Sequence record: OR437326.1
Direction: 5' to 3' (one strand)
Origin: Escherichia phage iGC_PHA_EC001
DNA length: 64,000 nucleotides
Below, in pieces: positions 35,694 through 43,157 of this stretch. Position 1 is the stretch's first letter, and each line of letters begins with the position of its first letter. A model generated the notes under the pieces. It saw only the letters and a list, made by a program, of their open reading frames with translations, was not told where the DNA came from and did no database searches. The translations under genes were made by a program, and so were the position numbers.

Positions 35694-35901
35694 CGTTCAT
35701 CAAGTGTGGTAACAGGGTCGTTGACTTTTGTTAAGAGGGGCTTGCACTGCGGTAGTGTTAGAGACTACTTCTTCAGAGGTTAGCTACCAAAGAGGAAAAG
35801 GAATAGTCTCGGCTCAAGAACTTTTACGCTGAAAGTTGGGCTTGGTCTTAGAGAATGTAGCGGTTCTCTACAATCGTCAGCGTCTCTGTTACCACATTTA
35901 T

Positions 35902-35976
35902 GGCCCTGTAGCTCAATGGGAGAGCTGTCGGCTCATAACCGATAGGTAGCTGGATCGAAACCAGCCAGGGCCACCA
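35902..35976 (+). tRNA. tRNA-Met (anticodon CAT; could alternatively be Ile2/lysidine)
   Basis: acceptor GGCCCTG/CAGGGCC, D-arm TAGCTCAATGGGAGAGC, anticodon loop CTCATAA, T-arm GCTGGATCGAAACCAGC, encoded CCA. Confidence 0.7.
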
Positions 35977-35978
35977 AA

Positions 35979-36053
35979 GTCTTTATGGTGTAATGGATAG
36001 CACAGGAGTCTTCTAAACTCTTAGTCAAGGTTCGATTCCTTGTAAAGACACCA
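35979..36053 (+). tRNA. tRNA-Arg (anticodon TCT)
   Basis: acceptor GTCTTTA/TAAAGAC, anticodon loop CTTCTAA, T-arm CAAGGTTCGATTCCTTG, CCA encoded. Confidence 0.7.
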
Positions 36054-36249
36054 GAACATTTTAACATGAATTAGCTCAAGTGATTTGAACCCACTACTGA
36101 TCATGGTGGCAGAGAATGAGGCAAGTATGTCAGACATTATAAACAAAGGCCACGGTTATATTAGAAGACATAAATGCTCGAAGAGCACCGTTCGTGGAGA
36201 ACGGGGGTTGGTGGAGTCACCATTCATGGTAAAATGTTTTAAAAAACTA

Positions 36250-36280
36250 TTGACAACAAACATTATTTTATGTTAGATTA
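36250..36280 (+). promoter_or_regulatory. sigma70-like promoter (AACTATTGACAA family, copy 2)
   Basis: TTGACA at 36250-36255, TAGATT 18 nt downstream, immediately upstream of tRNA-Ser. Confidence 0.45.
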
Positions 36281-36287
36281 TAAGTAT

Positions 36288-36378
36288 GGAAGGGCAAATC
36301 GATGTGGCGACGAAAACGGTCTTGAAAACCGCCGAGCTTGAAAGAGCCTTGGGAGTTCGACTCTCCCTCCTTCCGCCA
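36288..36378 (+). tRNA. tRNA-Ser (anticodon TGA), type II with long variable arm
   Basis: acceptor GGAAGGG/TCCTTCC, anticodon arm CGGTCTTGAAAACCG, T-arm GGGAGTTCGACTCTCCC, CCA. Confidence 0.65.
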
Positions 36379-36383
36379 GATTA

Positions 36384-36469
36384 GGTAGATTGGTGAAATG
36401 GTAGCCACGACAGTTTGCTAAACTGTAGTCGGAAACGGCGTGTAGGTTCGAGTCCTACATCTACCGCCA
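36384..36469 (+). tRNA. tRNA-Ser (anticodon GCT), type II
   Basis: acceptor GGTAGAT/ATCTACC, anticodon arm ACAGTTTGCTAAACTGT, T-arm GTAGGTTCGAGTCCTAC, CCA. Confidence 0.65.
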
Positions 36470-36599
36470 AGTTCTTTTTAATGTAGCTTACTTTAGCAGA
36501 GTAAATCTTCGGCAAGTGGCGGTAACCACTTTACCGATACCTCATAGTTAGTGGTCTGAACACTGGCTATTTTAAAAAGAATTTAAATATTAGTATTTA

Positions 36600-36687
36600 G
36601 GTGAGTTAATTCCGTAGGGGTAGCGGGGCAGACTGTAAATCTGTTATCATTGCGATTCGGGTGGTTCGACTCCATCACTCACCACCA
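36600..36687 (+). tRNA. tRNA-Tyr (anticodon GTA), type II
   Basis: acceptor GGTGAGT/ACTCACC, anticodon arm GCAGACTGTAAATCTGT (near identical to E. coli tRNA-Tyr), T-arm GGTGGTTCGACTCCATC, CCA. Confidence 0.65.
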
Positions 36688-36693
36688 AATTAA

Positions 36694-36779
36694 GATGAGT
36701 TGGCTGAATGGTTTAAGCGGCGGACTGTTAATCCGTGTTCGAAAGAACAATATAGGTTCGAATCCTATACTCATCGCCA
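36694..36779 (+). tRNA. tRNA with anticodon GTT (Asn by anticodon) but atypical long variable arm
   Basis: acceptor GATGAGT/ACTCATC, anticodon stem-loop GCGGA-CTGTTAA-TCCGT at positions 27-43, extra hairpin GTTCGAAAGAAC, T-arm ATAGGTTCGAATCCTAT, CCA. Confidence 0.45.
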
Positions 36780-36786
36780 GAATTAT

Positions 36787-36862
36787 GGACTTGTAGAGTT
36801 AAGGTAAACCCCAGTAGCCAAGAGGCTTCTGGAATTGCAGGTATCGAATCCTGCCGAGTCCC
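36787..36862 (+). ncRNA. tRNA-like element without canonical anticodon arm (possible pseudo-tRNA or small RNA)
   Basis: acceptor pairing GGACTTG/CGAGTCC and T-arm-like GCAGGTATCGAATCCTGC, but central region folds as CCAG-T-AGCC-AAGA-GGCT-T-CTGG hairpin. Confidence 0.3.
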
Positions 36863-36868
36863 AGCTTT

Positions 36869-36943
36869 GCTCCTATAGTATAATGGCTATTACAACGGTT
36901 TTGTAATCCGTGGATCTCTGTTCGATTCAGAGTGGGAGCACCA
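36869..36943 (+). tRNA. tRNA-Thr (anticodon TGT)
   Basis: acceptor GCTCCTA/TGGGAGC, anticodon loop TTTGTAA, T-arm CTCTGTTCGATTCAGAG, CCA. Confidence 0.7.
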
Positions 36944-37211
36944 ACACAACATTAAGGGCACTGTGATTGATCGTCGTATCCTGTGCACAAGGTCTGTTCG
37001 AAAGACAGTGTTCTTAGTATTGTGTTGATCACAAAAAGAGTCACCTGAAACTTGACCGGAGTAGGGTTGGATGGGGTAAAGAAGAAGCGGATTCTCCCAT
37101 CGACGTGATAGTTTTCCAGTGTTGCAAGCGACACCCAGGAGGTTAATCACAACCGAACGTAGGGCTAGTCACCCAAAGGGATACTCGTCACTGTCCCACT
37201 CAATAAAACTA

Positions 37212-37242
37212 TTGACAACCAATAGTAAAATGTAGTATAGTA
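37212..37242 (+). promoter_or_regulatory. sigma70-like promoter (AACTATTGACAA family, copy 3)
   Basis: TTGACA at 37212-37217, TATAGT 18 nt downstream, upstream of tRNA-Gly. Confidence 0.45.
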
Positions 37243-37252
37243 AATATGTAGG

Positions 37253-37326
37253 GCGTTCTTGGTGTAGCGGTAGCATTCCGTCCTTCCAAGTCGGCGGCAC
37301 GAGTTCGATCCTCGTAGAACGCTCCA
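37253..37326 (+). tRNA. tRNA-Gly (anticodon TCC)
   Basis: acceptor GCGTTCT/AGAACGC, anticodon loop CTTCCAA, T-arm ACGAGTTCGATCCTCGT, CCA. Confidence 0.65.
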
Positions 37327-37424
37327 AATTATTTAATAAAGGGTTGCCAGAAAACTTTCTCTTTTACTCATGGTTTTCTCCTTCTCTCACACTTCTTCTG
37401 GTTGCCCTTCATTAAATGATTTAT

Positions 37425-37500
37425 TGGTTTGTAGTGTAGTCAGGTAGCACACGACACTTTGACTGTCGTAGGTTTGGTTCAAATCCAGACAGACCAGCCA
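37425..37500 (+). tRNA. tRNA-Gln (anticodon TTG)
   Basis: acceptor TGGTTTG/CAGACCA, anticodon arm CGACACTTTGACTGTCG, T-arm TTTGGTTCAAATCCAGA, CCA. Confidence 0.7.
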
Positions 37501-37505
37501 TATAA

Positions 37506-37582
37506 CGGAATTTAGCTCAGTTTGGTAGAGCATACGCTTTGGGAGCGTAGGGTCGCAGGTTCGAATCCTGCAATTCCGACCA
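37506..37582 (+). tRNA. tRNA-Pro (anticodon TGG)
   Basis: acceptor CGGAATT/AATTCCG, D-arm GCTCAGTTTGGTAGAGC, anticodon arm TACGCTTTGGGAGCGTA, T-arm GCAGGTTCGAATCCTGC, CCA. Confidence 0.75.
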
Positions 37583-37588
37583 ATTTAA

Positions 37589-37662
37589 TGTTTCGTAGTT
37601 CAATGGTAGAACCCACGACTGATAATCGTGAGATACAAGTTCGATTCTTGTCGAAACAACCA
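37589..37662 (+). tRNA. tRNA-Ile (anticodon GAT)
   Basis: acceptor TGTTTCG/CGAAACA, anticodon arm CACGACTGATAATCGTG, T-arm ACAAGTTCGATTCTTGT, CCA. Confidence 0.75.
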
Positions 37663-37664
37663 GT

Positions 37665-37734
37665 TTCCCGTTAGACTTACAGGATAAGAGTTCCACAACT
37701 TATTGTGATGCTGGTTCGAATCCAGCACGGGATA
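37665..37734 (+). ncRNA. tRNA-like element, anticodon not assignable
   Basis: acceptor TTCCCGT/ACGGGAT (1:72 mismatch) and canonical T-arm GCTGGTTCGAATCCAGC, but no 5-bp/7-nt anticodon stem-loop could be folded (CACAA-CTTA-TTGTG tetraloop hairpin instead); no encoded CCA. Confidence 0.3.
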
Positions 37735-37740
37735 CCTAAT

Positions 37741-37819
37741 AGCGGGATAGAGGAGTCTGGTCGTCCTCGCCAGTTTCATATGCTGGAGATCATCGGTTCA
37801 AATCCGATTCCCGCCTCCA
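37741..37819 (+). tRNA. tRNA-Met-like (anticodon CAT) with unpaired 1:72 and TTCAAAT T-loop (possible initiator-type)
   Basis: acceptor AGCGGGA/TCCCGCC (A1 x C72), anticodon arm CCAGT-TTCATAT-GCTGG, T-arm ATCGGTTCAAATCCGAT, CCA. Confidence 0.5.
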
Positions 37820-37934
37820 AATATCGCTTGCCAGCGGTATCTTTGAAGACCTTGCCTGGTTCCTTCTAAGATGGAGGGGTGCGACTCCTTAACGCACAAT
37901 TATAATAAAGCATTTCAAATTAACAGTGTTTATT

Positions 37935-37957
37935 AGCCTCCTTATTGGAGGCTTTTT
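37935..37957 (+). terminator. rho-independent terminator at end of tRNA cluster
   Basis: AGCCTCC TTATT GGAGGCT hairpin followed by TTTTT. Confidence 0.7.
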
Positions 37958-37976
37958 GCTATCTATTGAATAAAAC

Positions 37977-38005
37977 TTGACTTATTATTTTTTATATGTT
38001 AAGAT
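37977..38005 (+). promoter_or_regulatory. sigma70-like promoter
   Basis: TTGACT - 17 nt - TAAGAT, upstream of RBS AGGAGG of gene 38027. Confidence 0.45.
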
Positions 38006-38026
38006 AAAGTTTAGGAGGATTTTATT

Positions 38027-38323
38027 ATGCCTAAACTAAAACGTGGTCGTGGAAGACCAACAGCCGAAATGCAACAGATTTACGCAATGGATGCGGCGCA
38101 AGCAAGTGTAAAAGAATTATTTGCAGAGCATTATTTAGAAGCTATGCGGTATATTGTTGAACTTGTTAATGATAAGGATGCAGCAAAACCTCTCCGCTTC
38201 CAAGCAGCTAAAGCTATTAAAGAGCAAGTAGAAGAATGGTTAGAAGAACATTATGAAGCTATGGAAGAAGAAACCCCTGCCGTGCAGAATACAGATGACG
38301 TTCCTAAAAAGATCGTAATCTAA
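38027..38323 (+). CDS. hypothetical protein (possible DNA-binding protein / small terminase subunit candidate)
   Basis: 98 aa, basic N-terminus MPKLKRGRGRPT, acidic C-terminus; first gene of rightward module; function is inference. Confidence 0.45.
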   Translation: MPKLKRGRGRPTAEMQQIYAMDAAQASVKELFAEHYLEAMRYIVELVNDKDAAKPLRFQAAKAIKEQVEEWLEEHYEAMEEETPAVQNTDDVPKKIVI

Positions 38324-38338
38324 TCCCTCTCCTCTCTT

Positions 38339-38405
38339 GGGGCTTTGCCCCTCCTCCTTGTTATTTTTAACACCCCTCTCCGAAAGGTTAGGGGCTTTTT
38401 TATTT
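38339..38405 (+). terminator. tandem GC hairpins with T-runs (terminator region)
   Basis: GGGGCTTTGCCCC at 38339-38351 and CCCCTCTCCGAAAGGTTAGGGG followed by CTTTTTTATTTTT. Confidence 0.6.
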
Positions 38406-38412
38406 TTAATGC

Positions 38413-38442
38413 TTGCAATTATATATCATTTTGTGATAAGAT
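38413..38442 (+). promoter_or_regulatory. sigma70-like promoter
   Basis: TTGCAA - 18 nt - TAAGAT. Confidence 0.4.
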
Positions 38443-38463
38443 CAGATATGAGGAGGATAAAAT

Positions 38464-38619
38464 ATGCGCAATTTTGTAGTTAAAAATGATTTTAACCGTT
38501 CTTCTTATCATAAAGATAAAAAGAATGATTACACACGGGCTTGGAACTTGGAGGAAGAACTTTATGATGACAGAGAAGACTTGGGAAGAGATCCTAGCGG
38601 AGGCTCAACCAATGGAAGT
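38464..38619 (+). CDS. hypothetical small protein (51 aa)
   Basis: strong RBS GAGGAGGATAAAAT before ATG; overlapping alternative small ORFs (38486-38701 in track; 38564-38701 with RBS GGAGGAAG) make this region ambiguous. Confidence 0.35.
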
Positions 38620-38684
38620 GAAGAAGATAGTTAACAACACCCCTTCTCTTCCTAAAATAAAATTTTATGAGGAAGTAGAAGATA

Positions 38685-39077
38685 ATGAATCTAAAGACTA
38701 AAACTGTATTGAGTTTTGTTTTAATTGTTGTTCTTATTCTTGCCGGAATGTTTGCTTATAACAAGATACGTGAGTCTGGCTACAAAGATGGTGTTGCCTA
38801 TCAAACGCAAGTATATCAAACAGCCCAAGCAAAAGCAAAACAAGATTTTGATGTTCTTCAAAAAAGAGCAGATGAAGAAAGAGCATTATTAAATACTCAA
38901 ATAAACAACTTGTCTAAAAACAATGCACAATTAAAAGCAGATTTAGAGAAGAAGAAACAAACGATCAATGAGGATACAACGAATTATGCAAAAACTAATT
39001 CTGGCAGTATGTCTTGCTTTGCCCCTAATGATGACGGGTTGTTCATCATCAACAAAAGTTTCCCCAGTTCTTATTGA
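38685..39077 (+). CDS. i-spanin (Rz-like inner-membrane spanin)
   Basis: N-terminal TM helix VLSFVLIVVLILAGMFAY, then coiled-coil-rich periplasmic domain; o-spanin gene is embedded in its 3' end in another frame. Confidence 0.55.
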   Translation: MNLKTKTVLSFVLIVVLILAGMFAYNKIRESGYKDGVAYQTQVYQTAQAKAKQDFDVLQKRADEERALLNTQINNLSKNNAQLKADLEKKKQTINEDTTNYAKTNSGSMSCFAPNDDGLFIINKSFPSSY

Positions 39078-39312
39078 TGAGTGTAAGGCTGTAGCCATAG
39101 AAAAGGTTAAAGGTCCAGATTCGGACTTGATGGATAAAGTATCGACACCTGTGCCATACACTAAAAATCAAATTGCAAAAGGGGTTAGTAGATCTGAAGT
39201 TGTTAACAACCAAACTCAAAACAATGCTCTTTGGGAGCAAGATAGACGAAAGGTTCTAGGTTTACAAACATATATTAAAACACTGCAAGAAAAAGGTATT
39301 ATTGCTGAATAA
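38986..39312 (+). CDS. o-spanin (Rz1-like outer-membrane lipoprotein), overlapping i-spanin
   Basis: start set at MQKLILAVCLALPLMMTGCSSS (signal peptide plus lipobox-like MTGC); track ORF 38968-39312; classic overlapping spanin architecture. Confidence 0.55.
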   Translation: MQKLILAVCLALPLMMTGCSSSTKVSPVLIDECKAVAIEKVKGPDSDLMDKVSTPVPYTKNQIAKGVSRSEVVNNQTQNNALWEQDRRKVLGLQTYIKTLQEKGIIAE

Positions 39313-39321
39313 GGAGGGAAT

Positions 39322-41397
39322 GTGGCAAAGAAAAAGGCAGCAGGTAGTTTAGCTGGAGTAGATATTGAAGTAAAGGCTCAACCAGGTAAACAGACTCTTG
39401 CAATGGATTTAATGCCAGAAGTTATGATTTATGGTGGTGCCGCTGGATGTGTTTCTGCTGAAACGGAATATCTTACAAAAGATGGTTGGAGGCAGATTAG
39501 TGAATATTCGGGAGAGGATATTTACCAATACAATCCTAAGAATAAGCGTTTAGAATTGGTAACACCTTATTTTGTAGAATACGATTTAAATGGAGATAAC
39601 CTATACAGAATAACAAATGGTGTAGGATTATTCCAAGAACTTAGTATGGAACACCGTTTTGTATTCTATAAGAAAAAGAAATCAAAGAAACATTTCGAGA
39701 TTCTTGTAGGAGATCTTATTGCATTACAGCAAATAGGAAAACCCCTGCAAGGTTATGTAGAAAATCCATTCGGTAAACGTGTTCCTTTTAACATACCTGG
39801 TAAAAAGAGCACTTACTTAAAAATACACGAGGTTATTTCAACAGATGATAAGAAATATTGTTTTGAGACTCCAAGCAGCTATATTGTCTTTAGACGTGGC
39901 GATCACTGCTTCGTTACTGGGAATAGCGGCAAGTCTCGTCTGCTATTGCTGAAAGCTTTAAAATACGCCTACAAAGACCCTTTGTTTGGTGGAATACTTT
40001 TCCGTAAGAACACCACTGCTCACCGTAAACCAGGTGGTCTGTTTACAGAAGCAAAACGTTTGTATCTTCCTTTACAACCACACGTAAAAGAAAGTACAAT
40101 GGATATCATTTTTGAAGCCACTGGTGGTGGAACCCTCAAATTTGACCATTTGGAAAATGATAACGTAACAGCAGAAACAAACCATCAGGGTACACAGTAT
40201 TCAATGGTAGGTTTTGACGAGTTAACCCACTTCACACAATATGAAATGCTCTATCTTCTGGGACGTATGCGTTCAGAGTCAGAAACAAGTTTCATGTTGT
40301 GCACATGTAACCCTGACGCAGATAGTTGGGTTTTGAATTGGGTGTTACCTTATCTTGATGAGGGTGGTTATCCTAGAGAAGATATGTGTGGTAAACAAAA
40401 ATATTTCATCATTGTTAACGATGAACCTGTTTTTGCTGACACACCTGAAGAACTGAAAGAAAAATATCCAGAAAACTGTTTCATGGAAAACCCTAATACA
40501 GGGGAGACAGTTGTTATTGAACCACAAACTTTCGTATTTATTGGTGGGACAATATTTGATAACCCAGAACTCATTAGGCTTAACCCTAATTACTTAGCAC
40601 AGCTTAAATCACAAACAGCTATCAAAAGAGCACAGCTTCTGGACGGTTGTTGGTTTGCACGTATCCAGAAAGAATCTTTCTTTCAACGTGAATGGTTACA
40701 TAAAATATCTTATAAAGATGTTCCTAACAATCTTAAACTAATGCGAGCATGGGATAAAGCTGTTTCAGTTCCTACAGAAACTTACCGTTATCCAGACTAT
40801 ACAACATCTGTCAAAATGGGTAAAGATCAAGATGGTAATATCTACATCTTTGGCGACTATGATTATGATGCTGTGGATGAGAAAAGTAAAATTTTCGGAA
40901 GGTTTCGAAGACTACCTGGGGAAAGGGATAACCTGATTCTAAATCAATGTAAGATTGATGGACCAGAAGTTACAGTAGTGCTTCCTAAAGACCCATCTGG
41001 TGCTGGGACAATAGAATACACAGAGTCTGCAAAGAAACTTATTCTAGAAGGTTTTGTTGTTAAACCAGATGCTATGCCAGGTAACAAGAAAAAGCTTCAG
41101 CGTTTTATGCCTTTTAGTAGTGCGTGTCAAAACGGTTTTGTTTATATTGTTGAAGATTCTTTCCCTAATGTGGAAACTTTAACCCACTTTTATAAAGAAT
41201 TGGAATCTTTCAATGGTGAAAGATCTACAGCCACTATTAAAGATGACATTCCCGATGCTGCTGCCTCTTGTTTTAATACTCTGTCAAAAGAGAATACTTT
41301 CAAAGCAGTAGCTATCCCTACAACAACAAATGCTCCTACAGGATACAGTAGAATGAACAGCGGATTTCACCAACCGTATAGTGTCCGTAAAAGATAA
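39322..41397 (+). CDS. terL: terminase large subunit, interrupted by a mini-intein in the Walker A motif
   Basis: Walker A GGAAG/SGKS split by the insertion; Walker B MVGFDELTHF; C-terminal nuclease-type acidic motifs LPKDPSGAG and IKDDIPDAAA; 691 aa. Confidence 0.8.
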   Translation: MAKKKAAGSLAGVDIEVKAQPGKQTLAMDLMPEVMIYGGAAGCVSAETEYLTKDGWRQISEYSGEDIYQYNPKNKRLELVTPYFVEYDLNGDNLYRITNGVGLFQELSMEHRFVFYKKKKSKKHFEILVGDLIALQQIGKPLQGYVENPFGKRVPFNIPGKKSTYLKIHEVISTDDKKYCFETPSSYIVFRRGDHCFVTGNSGKSRLLLLKALKYAYKDPLFGGILFRKNTTAHRKPGGLFTEAKRLYLPLQPHVKESTMDIIFEATGGGTLKFDHLENDNVTAETNHQGTQYSMVGFDELTHFTQYEMLYLLGRMRSESETSFMLCTCNPDADSWVLNWVLPYLDEGGYPREDMCGKQKYFIIVNDEPVFADTPEELKEKYPENCFMENPNTGETVVIEPQTFVFIGGTIFDNPELIRLNPNYLAQLKSQTAIKRAQLLDGCWFARIQKESFFQREWLHKISYKDVPNNLKLMRAWDKAVSVPTETYRYPDYTTSVKMGKDQDGNIYIFGDYDYDAVDEKSKIFGRFRRLPGERDNLILNQCKIDGPEVTVVLPKDPSGAGTIEYTESAKKLILEGFVVKPDAMPGNKKKLQRFMPFSSACQNGFVYIVEDSFPNVETLTHFYKELESFNGERSTATIKDDIPDAAASCFNTLSKENTFKAVAIPTTTNAPTGYSRMNSGFHQPYSVRKR
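39448..39924 (+). mobile_element. mini-intein (about 159 aa, Hint domain only) inserted in terL P-loop
   Basis: begins with Cys (CVSAETEY) right after GGAAG; ends ...HCFVTGN followed by +1 Ser (SGKS); excision reconstitutes GGAAGSGKS; TxxH-like block SMEHRF; no endonuclease-sized insert. Confidence 0.65.
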
Positions 41398-41400
41398 TTG

Positions 41401-41429
41401 TTGACAAAAGTCACTTTAAAGTGTATTAT
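41401..41429 (+). promoter_or_regulatory. sigma70-like promoter
   Basis: TTGACA - 17 nt - TATTAT upstream of portal gene. Confidence 0.5.
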
Positions 41430-41498
41430 AACTAGATAGGTGAGGTTGTATATAATACAGCCTTGCCTTAACGATTTTATACCTGACTGGAGGAACAA

Positions 41499-43064
41499 GT
41501 GTCAACAGGAAAAAGAACGTACACTAAAAAGTCAGAATACTGGGACAAAGGTGCTGCAAATAAAGCTGCTCTCTCTCCAACAAAAGAGGCAGAGAAAGAG
41601 AAAACGTTACTCCTGTCACCTGAAATAGGAACGATCGGATTAAACTCAATCAAAGCATTTACGAATTTCATGCAACCTTATGAGACTCGTTTCCCAGAAT
41701 GTATTCGCACTTTTAAAGAGATGGGTGAAGACCCTGATGTAGCTACTGCTCTTGACGCTACATATATCTTTGTAGATAGAGCATTCTTTGATTTCAAGAT
41801 AAAATACAATGTAAACTCGGCAAAGTCAAGAAAAGCTGCTAAGTTTATTGATTACATGTTACGCAATATGCAAGCCCCTCTACGTCAATATGTTAGATCA
41901 CTTTTGACATATAAGCAATATGGTTTTGCATTTGCAGAGAAAGTTTATGAGTTGGATGAAGATCCTAAAAGTCCTTACTTTGGGTATTGGCGATTAACCA
42001 AACTGGCTTTTAGACCACAAGACACTCTTCACATGGCTCAACCTTTTACATATTCGGCAGACGGACGTTCTATTCTATCTGTTAACCAGAATATCACCAA
42101 TACGATGTTAGCTCCAGGCAATACAACTTTAGAAACTGGTATTAAAGAAATTCCTTTCAGTAAAGTTTTATTTGTTGGTAGCAACATTACAGAGAATAAC
42201 CCACTAGGAGTTAGTCCGCTTTTAGCTGTATATCGTAGCTGGCGTGAAAAATCTCTTATTCAGGAATTTGAGGTTATTGGGGTATCTAAAGATTTAGGTG
42301 GTATGCCAGTTCTTAAGGTTCCAAGTGACATTCTAAACAGGGCATCTTTAGATCCTGCTGGGGATGAAGCACAATCTCTTCGAGTTCTCCAAGCCAACAT
42401 CGCTAACCTGCACTCTGGTGAGCAAGCCTACATGGTATTGCCTTCAGACGTTTATGAAGGCACAGTGATGCGTCAATACGATCTTGTATTCCAAGGTGTT
42501 GATGGCACGGGTAAACAGTTTGACACTCAAGCACTAATCAAACAACGCAAGCTAGATATTTATAACCGCTTTGGTGCGGGTGTGTTGATTATGGGTGATG
42601 GTGATGCAGGAAGTTTTGCGCTTTCTGACAACAAACAAACACTATTGTCTCATTTTATTGAGCGAGATGTAGATATTGTTGTAGAAGCTATAAACTCTCA
42701 ACTGATCCCTCAAACACTACGACTAAACAATATCTTCCTTTCTGATGAAGATATGCCTAAGTTTGTCAGTGGTGAAATGGGTGATCCTGATATTGAAGTA
42801 AATGCTAAAGCTATTCAGCAGTTGGTAGCCTCTGGTGCAATACCTTTAACCCCAGAAGTTATTAACGAGTTCCTTGAAAAAATTGGTTTTGAATATCGCA
42901 TCCCTGACGATATTGTTGCCAATAAAGAGAAATTCTTTGAATTCATGGATAACTATATGCCTGACAAAACTTCACGATCAGGAGATGGTTTAGCTACAGC
43001 GGGAACTGGAACATCTGATACTGTTTCTGCTTTAGATCCTTCAGCACAAAACCTGTCGAATTAA
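41499..43064 (+). CDS. portal protein
   Basis: 521 aa directly downstream of terL; GTG start after GGAGGAACAA RBS; size and position typical of portal. Confidence 0.7.
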   Translation: MSTGKRTYTKKSEYWDKGAANKAALSPTKEAEKEKTLLLSPEIGTIGLNSIKAFTNFMQPYETRFPECIRTFKEMGEDPDVATALDATYIFVDRAFFDFKIKYNVNSAKSRKAAKFIDYMLRNMQAPLRQYVRSLLTYKQYGFAFAEKVYELDEDPKSPYFGYWRLTKLAFRPQDTLHMAQPFTYSADGRSILSVNQNITNTMLAPGNTTLETGIKEIPFSKVLFVGSNITENNPLGVSPLLAVYRSWREKSLIQEFEVIGVSKDLGGMPVLKVPSDILNRASLDPAGDEAQSLRVLQANIANLHSGEQAYMVLPSDVYEGTVMRQYDLVFQGVDGTGKQFDTQALIKQRKLDIYNRFGAGVLIMGDGDAGSFALSDNKQTLLSHFIERDVDIVVEAINSQLIPQTLRLNNIFLSDEDMPKFVSGEMGDPDIEVNAKAIQQLVASGAIPLTPEVINEFLEKIGFEYRIPDDIVANKEKFFEFMDNYMPDKTSRSGDGLATAGTGTSDTVSALDPSAQNLSN

Positions 43065-43091
43065 AAATATTTAATATTTTTTAATTTTTCT

Positions 43092-43120
43092 ATTGACAAA
43101 ACAACAAATATCCTGTAGAC
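43092..43120 (+). promoter_or_regulatory. sigma70-like promoter
   Basis: TTGACA - 17 nt - TAGACT. Confidence 0.5.
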
Positions 43121-43157
43121 TAAGATTTATGGGATATCTGTTTTTAAGAGGTTTCAA

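Noticed and set aside
36085-36276. 63-aa plus-strand ORF within the tRNA cluster
   Set aside because: No RBS, overlaps a promoter (TTGACA at 36250) and lies in a region otherwise devoted to structured RNAs; treated as spurious
36890-37150. Two overlapping minus-strand ORFs (86 and 60 aa) across tRNA-Thr and the downstream spacer
   Set aside because: Antisense to a canonical tRNA and a promoter-bearing spacer; no RBS; composition unlike the flanking genes
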